From: Octopus bimaculoides
Taxonomy: Eukaryota
DNA length: 64,000 nucleotides
Direction of reading: 5' to 3'
Assembly (NCBI RefSeq): GCF_001194135.2
Contig: NC_068993.1
Span: 24,510,720 to 24,574,719, forward strand
Part shown: piece by piece, positions 24,172 to 36,803 of the stretch
Layout: each line of letters starts with the position of its first letter
Numbering within the stretch: the stretch's first letter is position 1
The notes under the pieces: generated by a model
Told to the model about the DNA's origin: nothing
What the model saw: the letters and a program-made list of their open reading frames with translations, nothing else
Databases searched by the model: none
Translations under genes and position numbers: made by a program

Positions 24172-24339
24172 TTTTCACAAATATTTTTACATTGTTTTAA
24201 TATTCATCGGAATCAAATTTTCTGATTTTACTTCAAAGATATAATAGTAAAAGCAACTGCCTCTCTGATCTGTGCGTGAAACAACGAGTAAATTCATTTT
24301 GTGCATTTGATGATATTCGTTGATTATTGTTTATGTGAA
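24172..24339 (+). repeat. 168-bp repeat, left arm of an inverted pair (partner 26500-26667)
   Basis: Manual alignment to the reverse complement of 26500-26667 gives about 5 mismatches. Confidence 0.92.
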
Positions 24340-24346
24340 GGCATTA

Positions 24347-24830
24347 TGGACCTAGCAGAATCGTTAGCACACCGGGCGAAATGCTTCGCGGGATTTTGTA
24401 CGTCTTCATGTTCTCAGTGCAAATTCTGGCGCCGTCGACTTTGCTTTTTATCCTTTTCGGAATCGATGAAGTAAGAACTAGTTTTACCAAAATTTGGAAT
24501 CAATATTATTCATCAAAATAACATTTTCTGATTTCACTTTATAATAGTAAATGCACTTGCCTCTCTGATCTCAGCATGAAACAACGAATACATTGATTTT
24601 GAGTACATGACAATATTGGTTGATTATTGTTAACGTATAAGCATTATGGAGTTTAGCCGAAGTCGCTTTTGCTTTTCATCATTTCGGGGTCAATGAAATA
24701 AGTACCAGTCGTGAACTGGGTTCGATGAAATGAGTACTAGTCATACATTGGGATCGATGTAATCGTTTAGTCTCCTCCCTACAACTTTCAATCTTTGTGC
24801 CTATAGTACAAAGAACTATGTAATTTACCG
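24347..24830 (+). mobile_element. SINE family C pieces, interleaved with a diverged second copy of the 168-bp repeat (about 24510-24650)
   Basis: gcagaatcgttagcacaccgggcgaaatgc... at 24355; cttttcatcatttcggggtcaatgaaataagtaccag at 24670. Confidence 0.7.
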
Positions 24831-25084
24831 AATTTTGTTGGTTATTTAAATGTTTATCACAAAGCGTTATTGTTAAAAACAGACCTATGTCCAACGGGGT
24901 CTTTTTATTAGAAATGATATGCTTATACTCATATTTGCAATGCTAGATGATTTAAAGATTACTAGATATTAAAGTAGAAGCTTTATTACTTAAGAAAAGG
25001 CTCTATTCATTACGATATATTGTCATGACCTTGTGCTTGTATACACTCACACACATATACATACATACACACACACATACATTA

Positions 25085-25128
<44 letters not shown>

Positions 25129-25129
25129 G

Positions 25130-25290
25130 CATACGATGGACTTTCAGTTTCCGTCTACCGAATCCACATACAAGGTTTCGTAAGGTTTCGTTCGGGTGGG
25201 GCTATAGTAGAAGACACTAGCACTCGGTGACGCGCTGAAGGATTGAACCTAGAACAATAGGCTGGGAAGGGACCTTCTTACCATACACAA
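25130..25290 (-). mobile_element. SINE family A head and body, decayed
   Basis: tttcagtttccgtctacc...ggctatagtagaagacac is homologous to 1375-1445. Confidence 0.7.
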
Positions 25291-25633
25291 GTACAGACGT
25301 GACTAAGCTGACTAACGGTACTCGTCAGCACCGGTATTGATAAAAATAATAGTCAGAACAACTCTTAGCCACGAGGAGCACTTATTTAAGGACTATGATT
25401 CCAACGCTATTTTCTATAAACTAACAAAGTGAGTTATCTTTAACCCTCGGCAACTGGGTGAGAATCACTGATGAGGATAAATCAAATCCAAAATCATCGA
25501 TGATAAGGCTCTGTCTCGCTTGCTGTAGGGAGCTGGTCTCCGTTGCCTGTCATTAGATAAGACTCATATTTCTAGCAATACTGGTGCTGACTAGTTAGTA
25601 CTCTTAGTCACCTTAGTGCCGTCTATTTATGTG

Positions 25634-25676
<43 letters not shown>

Positions 25677-25879
25677 GTATGTATGTATGTATGTATGTAT
25701 TAGCATCCGTGTGTGTTAATTTAAGATTTATTTATTCTTTGAGTTTTTTAGGCTAATTTCCAACTTATCAGTATCCGGATTGATACACGGGATACAATCA
25801 ATTCAACTAGAACTGGTGAATTAGTGTATTATCTGTTTCGTTAGAATACCAGTTTATCAGAGTTAATTATTTCCTTTCG

Positions 25880-26220
25880 TGACTGATCACTAGGTTTTTC
25901 CATTTCCTTCACCTAGAGAGATGAAGACAAAGTTGTCCACAGAGAGAAATGAACTCAGAATCTATGCAACAGGAACAATTAACGCAAGCCACGTTTTCCG
26001 GCACTCTAACTAATCTTCCAGCTCTTAATCCTTTTGCTGGCAGAGATAATGGCATCTAATTTACTCGAAAGACCAGAAATTATGAGAGAAGGGTGATTAG
26101 ACAAGACCATCGATACCCGTATTTGACTGGTACTGAATATAATCGAACTCGAATAAATTGAAGATGACCTGCGAAGAATTTGATCTAAGAACCTAAATGA
26201 TTTTTCTAGCTCGTTCTTTC
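25880..26220 (-). mobile_element. Two decayed SINE family C copies, antisense to those at 24347-24830
   Basis: atgaagacaaagttgtcc..aaatgaactcagaa and gactggtactgaatataatcgaac..atttgatctaagaac are reverse complements of the family C core. Confidence 0.5.
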
Positions 26221-26499
26221 GGTGAAAGAAATATTGGTCTCAAATAAAAAATGAATGCACAAAGACAGACAAACAGAAAGAAAGAAACAAAGAAAGAAAA
26301 AAAGAAAGAAACAAACAAACAAAGAAAGAAAGAAAGAAAGAAAAATATGGAAAGTAAACTGAGTTATAGGGTTACAGAAGTAAAGGAAGCTTTCGAATCA
26401 GTATGTCTATATCAAACATCACTGCAAAGTGTCATGCTTCAAACTAGGTCCCAGTACCCGCCTATTATTGTTTTTTGAATATCTCGGAAAAGTTAACCT

Positions 26500-26667
26500 T
26501 TCACATAAACAATAATCAACCAATATCATCAAATGCACAAGATGAATTTATTCGTTGTTTCACGCACAGATCAGAGAGGCAGTTGCTTATACTATTATAT
26601 CTTTGAAGTAAAATCAGAAAATTTGATTCTGATGAATATTAAAACAATGTAAAAATATTTGTGAAAA
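26500..26667 (-). repeat. 168-bp repeat, right arm of the inverted pair
   Basis: Reverse complement of 24172-24339 with about 5 mismatches. Confidence 0.92.
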
Positions 26668-26713
26668 AACTTTTTAAGAAATAAAAATACTAAAATAAAA
26701 AGGTAGAACTTAC

Positions 26714-26842
26714 TATGATGGTTACTACTCTAAGAGGTTTCGTTCCAAAGATGTCTCCGCGGTACCGTGGAACACTGCTAACACTTCGATTGATCATAAT
26801 TCTCAAATCTCTGGTCTTCGGACCGCTACGCCAGGTACTGCG
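26714..26842 (-). CDS. iGluR exon E (129 nt): ATD-S1 linker and start of S1; not in the ORF track
   Basis: tcttgtcttag|RSTWRSGPKTRDLRIMINRSVSSVPRYRGDIFGTKPLRVVTII|gtaagt. Phase 0-0; LRVVTII|EPPFV is the canonical S1 start. Confidence 0.92.
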
Positions 26843-27046
26843 CTAAGACAAGAATAACATTTTATAACACCAAATGTGGAATGAGGTTTAATACGATTAC
26901 ATAAGGAAATAATAATTTGCAGGTGTTTGTGTACGATTGAGTTTAGCTCTCAAGTTAAATTACAGTGACAGAGAGCAACATTTTTGACATACACACACAC
27001 TCAGTATTTAATATACATGTGTGTATGTGTTTAAGTAAGCTTGTGT

Positions 27047-27098
<52 letters not shown>

Positions 27099-27623
27099 NN
27101 NNNNNNNNNNNNNNNNNNNNNNNNNNNNNNNNNNNNNNNNNNNNNNNNNNNNNNNNNNNNNNNNNNNNNNNNNNNNNNNNNNNNNNNNNNNNNNNNNNNN
27201 NNNNNNNNNNNNNNNNNNNNNNNNNNNNNNNNNNNNNNNNNNNNNNNNNNNNNNNNNNNNNNNNNNNNNNNNNNNNNNNNNNNNNNNNNNNNNNNNNNNN
27301 NNNNNNNNNNNNNNNNNNNNNNNNNNNNNNNNNNNNNNNNNNNNNNNNNNNNNNNNNNNNNNNNNNNNNNNNNNNNNNNNNNNNNNNNNNNNNNNNNNNN
27401 NNNNNNNNNNNNNNNNNNNNNNNNNNNNNNNNNNNNNNNNNNNNNNNNNNNNNNNNNNNNNNNNNNNNNNNNNNNNNNNNNNNNNNNNNNNNNNNNNNNN
27501 NNNNNNNNNNNNNNNNNNNNNNNNNNNNNNNNNNNNNNNNNNNNNNNNNNNNNNNNNNNNNNNNNNNNNNNNNNNNNNNNNNNNNNNNNNNNNNNNNNNN
27601 NNNNNNNNNNNNNNNNNNNNNNN

Positions 27624-27655
<32 letters not shown>

Positions 27656-28531
27656 CCATCATGAAATAAAATGTCTGAGGTTATCACCAACACTTAACAG
27701 AAATATTCTTTTTATTATGCCCGCATCATTTGTATGCATGCAGTATGTATTGTATATTAATCTCAAGAATCATCCGAAATGACTAGACATAACGAAAAAC
27801 AAAATAACATAACGGTTTTCAAGCCCGCAAACCCGCCGATGCATACATATTCATGCACACAAACACACGCCTGTATATATACATTCTTACACAGACACAC
27901 ACACTCATACATACATATGTATACACGCATACGCTCATATGTATGTGTATGTGTATGTGCGCGTGTGTGCGTAAAGGTAAGATCCAAGGATCAAGGTGTA
28001 GGAAGATAGTAAACTTCGAGCAGCCCGTACAAGATATAAAATACAACTTTCAGAAATAATAGTGGTTTATTGAGGTAAAAGCTTGTAAATTTTTTCCCGT
28101 TCGATAAGCTGAAAAAATTATTTTATAGCTAACAGTTAGCAGTGGGGGTTCCTGTTTATGCAAATGCAAATCCAAATTTAGAGAATAGAGTATCTCTAAT
28201 TTTGTATATATGTATATGTTTAAGATAAGGTTGATTGTGACGACAACAACGACGGTATGATGATGATCATGATCACGATCATGGTTATGATGATCATGAT
28301 GATCATGATGATGAGGGTGGTAGCGGTGGTGGTGGTTTTATCGATGATGGCGAGTACGACCGTGAAATTTGTATTCAAGTAAGATCATTTCAAGGTGGAT
28401 AGTTTTGTAGCCTTCTTTCCTGGAGCCGACTGAATTGCCAAAACTTTGATACACTGTAAAACAATTATTGGACCACAAGAGGCCCGAACACATTTTAACG
28501 GATTCCCTAAACTTAAATCATACATGGCAAG

Positions 28532-28588
<57 letters not shown>

Positions 28589-28834
28589 NNNNNNNNNNNN
28601 NNNNNNNNNNNNNNNNNNNNNNNNNNNNNNNNNNNNNNNNNNNNNNNNNNNNNNNNNNNNNNNNNNNNNNNNNNNNNNNNNNNNNNNNNNNNNNNNNNNN
28701 NNNNNNNNNNNNNNNNNNNNNNNNNNNNNNNNNNNNNNNNNNNNNNNNNNNNNNNNNNNNNNNNNNNNNNNNNNNNNNNNNNNNNNNNNNNNNNNNNNNN
28801 NNNNNNNNNNNNNNNNNNNNNNNNNNNNNNNNNN

Positions 28835-28879
<45 letters not shown>

Positions 28880-31800
28880 GTATGTATATATAAGTACTGC
28901 CTTGTAAATGAAAATATCACAGAAGTTATTGCAGAATTTCGTTTAATATTCCCTCTTCCGAATTTTTTCAAATATTATTGATTCGGTTTGTAAAGTTAAG
29001 ACACAGGAAAGTTGAATATGGCATTATTTAGAGAACATGGAACTATGAGATGATAACGGGTAACTAAACAATGGAAAGATATAAGGTTTTAGAATGACAG
29101 TTAATATGAGAAGAAAATTTGTAGAAAGTGTAAGACTGTTTTAAAGAAACGTTTAAAAACTATTCTTTAAAATATGTTTTTTTCAATTCAGGTATTTTTA
29201 ACATACGTCTTAGGTCTCTTTAACCATATTTTTCAGACATAGTTATACATTATTACACTGGGCTGTAGCCGAGAATGGGCTGTCTGTTAAATTATTTTTC
29301 ACTTCAAATTGTCGTTTAAATCTAACGAACGGATAAGACCGTTGCTGTTTTTTGTCCAATAAAGTCATTTCCACATAATAATCGTACCTTTTACAAATTT
29401 TTTAAAAGATACACATCTTAAAAATGTACTAAATTAGAACTATTTTTCTTCCATATGTTTCGTATGGGAACACGCTGGTAAAAAGCGTTGTTCTGTGTAA
29501 TGACAACAGACAAAATATGAATATTTTAATTATATGAACATTGACTTTCTGAAATAATAGGTGTAGGTTAATAACAAACATACAAGATTATCCGGCACAA
29601 TCACCTTTTTACGATCTACATATCTGGATTTGTTTTGTCGCTATTTCGAATAATTTTAGTTGATCCTCTCAATTTTACATACTGGAATGTTTTAAAGCAA
29701 ACAACCATCACTCACTATCTTTCTCTTTTCTGTAACCTTTCCTTTCAACTTCTTTTACTATTTCTACAACCACATACAATTCGCTCTCGCTTACCGGATT
29801 TCTCTTCAACCTTTCCCCTACTTACAATCCATGCCCTCTTTCGATTTCTATATGTTCTCATAAAGCTGTCCTCCAACTATCTCATAGATGTAGTACAAAA
29901 TGTATGATGTGTGCATGTATGTCTGTATGAAAAGTGTAATTATATTGATATACATCTGAGTTATTTATTCTTATTTCCAAAACAATTTCACCCTCACGTT
30001 CTATGAAGTATAAGTATATATAATTTTATTTGCAAATAATTGTGTGTTAATCTGCGCCTGGAAATGAAGAAGTTATTTGCTTGTATCGTAAATATTATTT
30101 AACCTTTTTCCCACTCAAATATTAACATCTCTAACTTCCACTTACAGCGGTTACATAAAGAGCTAAACAGAATAATGTACAGACAAAACTACGTAGCTGC
30201 GATATTCAGTTATCTATTGTACAACTATCTGAACTAGAATCATAATATAATCCAAGTAAAACTGTTTTCTATCATCTGCAATTCAAATTTCACTAACTTA
30301 TTTCTTATTGCAATGAAATACTACAAGAGATCCATTATTCATAAACGTCTGTCCTTAGAGATTATAGCGACAGAGGCATATAACTGAAGATAAAGAGGTT
30401 AAGAAATGATTGGGCAACATATTGGTTTGGACGAAGACACCATCACAATGTCAATACATAAATAATGATTTTGCTCTTCTTCTAATATTGAAAGCCTTAT
30501 CACTGATTTCTTTGCATGTGTATATTCTGTTGAATTCTTGATTTCATTGATCTTGGTCTAATGACGCGTCTATGAATTACTTCAATTTGAAAAATCTAAT
30601 GGGGAAACAGCGTAACTAATTAACTATGCAATACTTAAATGATATCACGTTTAAAGCTGATTAACTGATTACGTATTGACTATGCAAATGATATCACAGA
30701 AACTCCAGTGTTAGTAACATGACACACCTTTTTTTATAAGCTTTGTTGTAACATGGTTGAGCTACTGGATATCAGATTTACTTAAAACTATGAGCAGATG
30801 GAATCAAATTATAACAATACATTAATCTGCTTGTATCGGTTTCAATTATATCGAAACATTCTGTAATTTATATCTAAATATACTACAGGATTCTACCATC
30901 AATGAGATTTTAAGGATTCTGTAACGCAATGTTATGTAGGAAAGTATGAGTGGACAACACATCTATACTCATCAGAGTCACACCTATAATTGACGTGTAC
31001 TGAAGGAAGTATTTAATAAGGCACAAGACAATGTCAAAATAAACATTCAAGCAACATGCACTTGTCAAAAACAATCGTAAACACTAGTCTGATGAAACGT
31101 CGTTCTTTAATGGTCAAAAACAAAATTCCGACGGTAAAATCTATACCAAACACATTAGCTCCACCTACAATAAATCAAGAGTATCATACACCAAGAAACG
31201 CACACTAACATCATTTCACTCTGAAGGTGAGAGTACGAATTTCTGGAAACGTTTTTATTGGGTTTAAGAACTTTAACTTCAAAGCAAGTGGCAAGACACA
31301 CATACGGAAATATGAAAAAAGAACTTGATAGAAAAGCTAAACCTAAAACGCAGTCACAATTTCAATACAACATCTAAAAAATAAAAGTGTTGACTGATAC
31401 AAATATGAAACTCTCCTCCACGTACTGAATTCCTTATTCTGTGAAATTTCAAATATTAATAATAATCAGAAACAAATATATTTTTCTATGAAAAATGTCT
31501 CAGTTGCTTTACATAAATAATACTTCAATTGTCTATTGCTGAAACCTGAAAGATTCGTCAAAAGCAGTTTTATAATTCTCATATATAAAGTGACAGGTTA
31601 TTTAAAACAAGTCAAGATTAAATTTCCATTCAAAATGTAGGTTTTTAGCTATATTCGCTGTATAAGACCAGGGGTTATTATGTCACGAAAAGTGTATGGA
31701 TATATTTCAAAACAAAGTAGGCTACTAATAAAAATCACAACGTGAGCCTATCTGCGAACACCTGTCTTCTAATGTTTAAAAGCACTCGTAATTGCAATGT

Positions 31801-32306
31801 ATACTGGCAAGGGTTTCACTGATCAAACTGCAAAACACAAACTACTGCTAGCTTAATTATATGCTGCTAACCTGCAGTCCTTCCGAAAGAACGTTTTCAA
31901 AATATCAAGGTAAAAAAAAGGAAAAACTCCCTGGAAAACTTAAGTGAAGTGGCCAAACCTTACAGCTACACACAAACATCCAAAATATATTACTTTACCC
32001 AAAGAATACTACATGCAAGAAAATGTAACTTTTACCATGAAAATCCTGCACGATTCGAGAAGCAGATAACTGCGTTCTTCGACATTCCTAGGAAATCAAA
32101 AGGCTCAAAAGATGTTAACAATGTTTGGTGATTTAAGCTTTAACTGCATTGCATGATAAATTTCAATTTGCTTCTTGAGGATTATAAAATTATTATTATT
32201 TGTTACCGCTTAATGCCAAAACACGAAACACTATAAATTACATCAGAACCCTCATAACTGCGACAGTCTTGATGCTATAATGTTATTTGAACATATATAA
32301 CTCACA

Positions 32307-32415
<109 letters not shown>

Positions 32416-33759
32416 ACACGAGAATTGAAAATAAATTGTTCACATGCATTTATATTTTCCTAAAGAGGGGAAAATAATTGTACGGGTGGCCTTAGATGTT
32501 TTCCTTAATTTAATTTGACATTGTTAATATATCAACTATGGCCGCTCCACTTTCTGCGTGCCCCAAAGTAGGACACCATTCAGTGTGAACTGGGAGTGAA
32601 TCAAGGACCAAAATCAATCGAAAATTTTCAGAATAGTATGGAAACAATGTTTCTTTCTGCTGCTAAGAAATATACGTCCAACTGGGAGATAAGTCGAGAT
32701 CTGACAATATCCTGTGCTGATCGGAAAACTGAATGTATCCATGACTTGGCTCTCTTAAACAAATGGACAACTTTTGATAAAATGGAATTTACCTCTCAAA
32801 TTACCCACCAAAAAAACAGGTTTATCTTAGCAAATTTTGAACAAAATTGATTCTCAGTGAACTCAAAAACGAAATTTTGTTATCATTCGACGATTTTCGG
32901 ATCACTATAAGTTAGGACGTACCATCTTGAAAATATTGTCGCTAGTGACAAAATATCTCAGAAAAATGTTCAAAACTCAACCTACCGTAGAAAAGTTGAT
33001 TTTGACAGCGTTGGGGGTAATTATAAGAACAAATACTAGAACGTTGTTAGAAGTAACCTCCACTTGATACTAAACTTTCTCCTTAAGACTGACACTCAAA
33101 GGTGCTCCACTTGTAAATGTCTTATGAGATCATCGATTTGATGGGGACCAAGAAAGGAATGTTTCAAATTGCACAGGAGTGACAACAGAGATTCATATGA
33201 AACACATTTTCCAACTAATAGAAAAATTCTTTTAAATTCATTCCAGAAAATTCACAACTCATATTCGTAACTAAACACTGTCTATATAAGTAAATGAATA
33301 TAAATAAATTTATTAATCCAATTTACATCGAATATTTTTTTATTGATTACAATAAGAAAGATTACAAAAAAATGTTTTCAGAAATTGCATTAAAAATCGG
33401 ATTATTGACAGCTTTGCTGATTTGAGCAAGTTGGCAGGAGGGCAGAACATTTTTTAAAAATAGGTCAATAATTATATCAGCAAAAACAAAAAAAAAATAG
33501 TAACGTCCTTTGCATGCAAGCAAGGCGGTCAAAAACGTATATAAAAAGTAAATCTCTTTAAGTCTAGAAATATAGAATATTACAAATGTTATAAATACTG
33601 TAGGTCTATAAAATAAAGTTTATAAATGAGTTTGGTTCAGCAGAAGGTGAGTTTTTATTGACCTTTTAAAATTTGACAGCGAAAAGATGTTTTTTTTTAT
33701 TAAGGTTTCGCGGTAAAATATTATTCCATATGTTAATACTGTTGCAAATAAAACATTTT

Positions 33760-33915
33760 TAACAAATTAATACTCGACAAAAGAGCGGTTCAAAATTCAA
33801 ATCATCGATACCTCTTGTTTGGTAGTTATGAGGTAGAGAACGGCGACTAATAATTTCATAGGAATAAGGATGGCGGAGTTGATGAAATATTTTGTTGAAC
33901 CTGATGGTAGAGTTG

Positions 33916-33965
<50 letters not shown>

Positions 33966-34250
33966 GGTGTGTGGGTGTGTCTGTGTGTGTGTGTTATTAA
34001 ACGAAAGTAATTTTGATTGAGGATTGCTTACTTTAAGAGTCTTCCATGATTTATGAATGGTATGGTTGAGTAAGCGAACATTGCAATTTCTCCATGCAGC
34101 AACACAGTAAGATAACTTTGAGTATATTAAAGAATAATAAAGAGTTATTTTTACATATATACGGTAAGCTGGAACTTCAAAGAATATGCTACATATTTCT
34201 ATATCAAATAGATCTTCAAGCGATGTAGACCACACTAGAATATGAAAACT
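33760..34250 (-). mobile_element. L2/Crack-like LINE RT C-terminal fragment interrupted by (CA)n
   Basis: YYSLIYSKLSYCVAAW...HNYQTR resembles the YxSLIxSRLxYGxxxWG thumb region of L2-group LINEs. Confidence 0.55.
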
Positions 34251-35506
34251 CATTGTGAGTTATATATAGTTTAGAAGTGACTCACAAATGTTTAGTAAAT
34301 CTGCAACTATGTAAATACATCGGGAGTATCTACTTAATGCTGTTATTTCAAGAAATACTATGGAAGTTCATTACAACTTCAATACTCTTTACCAGCAATA
34401 ACCATATTTTCTCTGTATTTCTATTTTCACTCGGAAACCACTAACAGATATTGCTAATTTCACTATATAGATATTTTTTTTATATATTCTGGCATGGCAT
34501 GTTTATATATAAAGGAAAGCAGCAAAATAGGTAAGTGGAACAAATTTAGTAATCACTGACCTTTTTATTATCTTTTCTAATGGTTAGAAACCATTACATT
34601 GCAATAGTTGCATCATCATTTCAAACTGTTGTATCATCTTTGGGAGTAAATTGTGATCAGCATGTTTATCGTTGTTGAAGATGAGAGAGTTTGAAACATA
34701 GTCAGGTGAAAGGCACTTTTTTCTCAACAATAGTTTCACTCAATTTTTACCCGATTATAATTGAGATTGCTAATAAAATATCTGAATAATTTTTTGTTTA
34801 ACAATTAAAATTCGTTTCTCTTTTAAATTCCAACTCATTTTTCCAACACTAATATCTAATTTGATAATTTTGACTTATCAAAATAGCGTCTTTTGTGGGG
34901 CAAAATAACTAATGATTCATTTCACTAATTTCTTCATTCCGATAGCATGGTGCGTAAATATATCAGGAAGAGAACCATTCCAGCACATCATGAAGAAGCT
35001 ATAGGGAATATGTCATGTTGATTATTTGGGATTTAGCCGAGATTCGTTATTTTCAAACCATGTGCGATTTTTCCAAGATTCTCTTTCATTTGACGTCGAT
35101 ATTTTAAAACTATGTAGCCTGTCTGATTTTCAAATGTGTAAGGATGACTATAGATGTGTATGAGTCTTTTTTCAAGTGAAACAAATAACTGAAAAATCGA
35201 GTTTATCGTACTTTGTCTTACTCATTTCTCCCCGCCTCACTTTGTATTTTACATGCTCAAAGAGGGCAGAAGTAATTTTCTGAAATAGTTTTCCGAATAT
35301 GTTACAATGTTCTTAATGCATGCCGAAAGCTAAACCATTTGCTTAGCTATTATAGTTTTTGTAAGGCAGTGAACATTTGAAAATATATTTTTCTCTGTCA
35401 AAAGTGCTGCAAAATATGTGTGGTGCGTGTGTGTATGTGTGTGTAGGGTGTGTACATACACACTAACATAAATATGTATGTATGCATGCATGTATGTATG
35501 TATGTA

Positions 35507-35516
35507 TAGATAGATC

Positions 35517-35576
<60 letters not shown>
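35507..35576. repeat. (GATA)n microsatellite
   Basis: Direct reading. Confidence 0.97.
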
Positions 35577-35779
35577 TGCGTTATATTTTATTGATGTCAA
35601 CCATATAGCGTCTATATTTTCGACCATCCAAAGAAAACTGCACCCCAGTCAATATTAAAGCGTACGACTCATAGAACTGAATATCCCTTACAACATTTCT
35701 AAACCAGTATACGCCCCAGCATGGCCACAGATCATGAGATGAAACTAAATAAAATAAAATAAAATGAAAATGATATATA

Positions 35780-35899
35780 CATTACGGCCATATCACTCTG
35801 AGAGCACCGGTTCTCGTCCGATCACCGAAGTTAAGCAACGTTGTGCCTAGTGAGTACTTAGATGGGTGACCGCTTGGGAAACCTAGGTGCTGTAAGCAT
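35780..35899 (+). rRNA. Full-length 5S rRNA-derived sequence (probably the head of a retroposed element rather than a canonical gene)
   Basis: ttacggccatatcactctgagagcaccggttctcgtccgatcaccgaagttaagcaacg...agtacttagatgggtgaccgcttgggaaacctaggtgctgtaagc: 120 nt, with terminal helix pairing and recognisable box A/IE/box C. There is no T4 terminator immediately downstream. Confidence 0.9.
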
Positions 35900-35975
35900 C
35901 TCACGTTTAAATGGCGGTGCCCCAGCATGGCCACAGCTCATGAGCTGAAACTAGATAAAATGAAAATGAATATAT
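35780..35975 (+). mobile_element. Candidate 5S-headed SINE (SINE3-like) or 5S/retroposon-tail chimera
   Basis: The 5S is joined within about 6 nt to the tail ttaaatggcggtgccccagcatggccacagctcatgagctgaaactagataaaatgaaaatga, which is shared with the family A/B tRNA SINEs. Confidence 0.65.
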
Positions 35976-36765
35976 TATCTATATTGTTATTTAATTGATC
36001 GCATCCATTTCCGAGTAGGTTTATCTTAACCTTTTTGATGCGACTCTACTCTATACCGTTTTCTCCCCCATCCTTCTCTAATTCCCTTTTTCTCCCCTTC
36101 ACCGTTTTCTTTCTTCCTCTCTCACCTCGCTTTCACTTTTTCTCCCATTGCTCACATGTTATTACCGTTCTAGGGGCTGAACGTCTTCTATCTTTTCTCT
36201 TTTCAAAGAAAATATTTATTCCAGCGTTCACTACTTTCTCCTCGTTCTGATCAAATGACCCTCCATGTTTGTTTTTCGGTTTCCTTGTATGTCTCCACTG
36301 CCCTGTTTTTGTTCCCAACTTTAACTCTCCATAAATCCAAAATTTTATTTTGGAAGTTATGGGAGCAACTGTCTTCGAAGCCTCATATTGTCGTTGAATG
36401 CTCGAAATGAGGAGTAGATAGACAGCCGAGAACTGATGAAAATAAAAGTTTGAAGGATATTTAATTTGACACTAGGACTGTTTGTTTGCAGATTCTATGA
36501 TGGCGTTTATCGTCTTCTCTAAACTGTAACAAATAGCACCCAATTGGTGTCTTGAACGTAAGGCACTCTAGTAGCAAAACTGCTAGTCTAAAGCCTGTAG
36601 AAAACATACTGATGTGAAAGAACTATTGTCTGGAGCTAACTTCAGTATTGAATTTCTATCATATATTTCCTAGTATGAGCTCACCCAAAATTATTATCCT
36701 GTCGCCCATGCTGGGTGCCAGGTGAATACGAATTTCCTTCATCCTCAAAGATAACTTCTCTACTC

Positions 36766-36803
<38 letters not shown>

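Noticed and set aside
32540-33000. Possible LINE RT relic (ORF 32596-32850)
   Set aside because: Only vague resemblance; no diagnostic RT motif could be read with confidence.
34560-35300. Possible hAT-like transposase remnant
   Set aside because: No recognisable motif in any frame I read.
35920-35955. ctcatgagctgaaac as a hammerhead
   Set aside because: The core G5 is missing and there is no stem II; it is better explained as the palindromic 3' stem-loop of the SINE tail.
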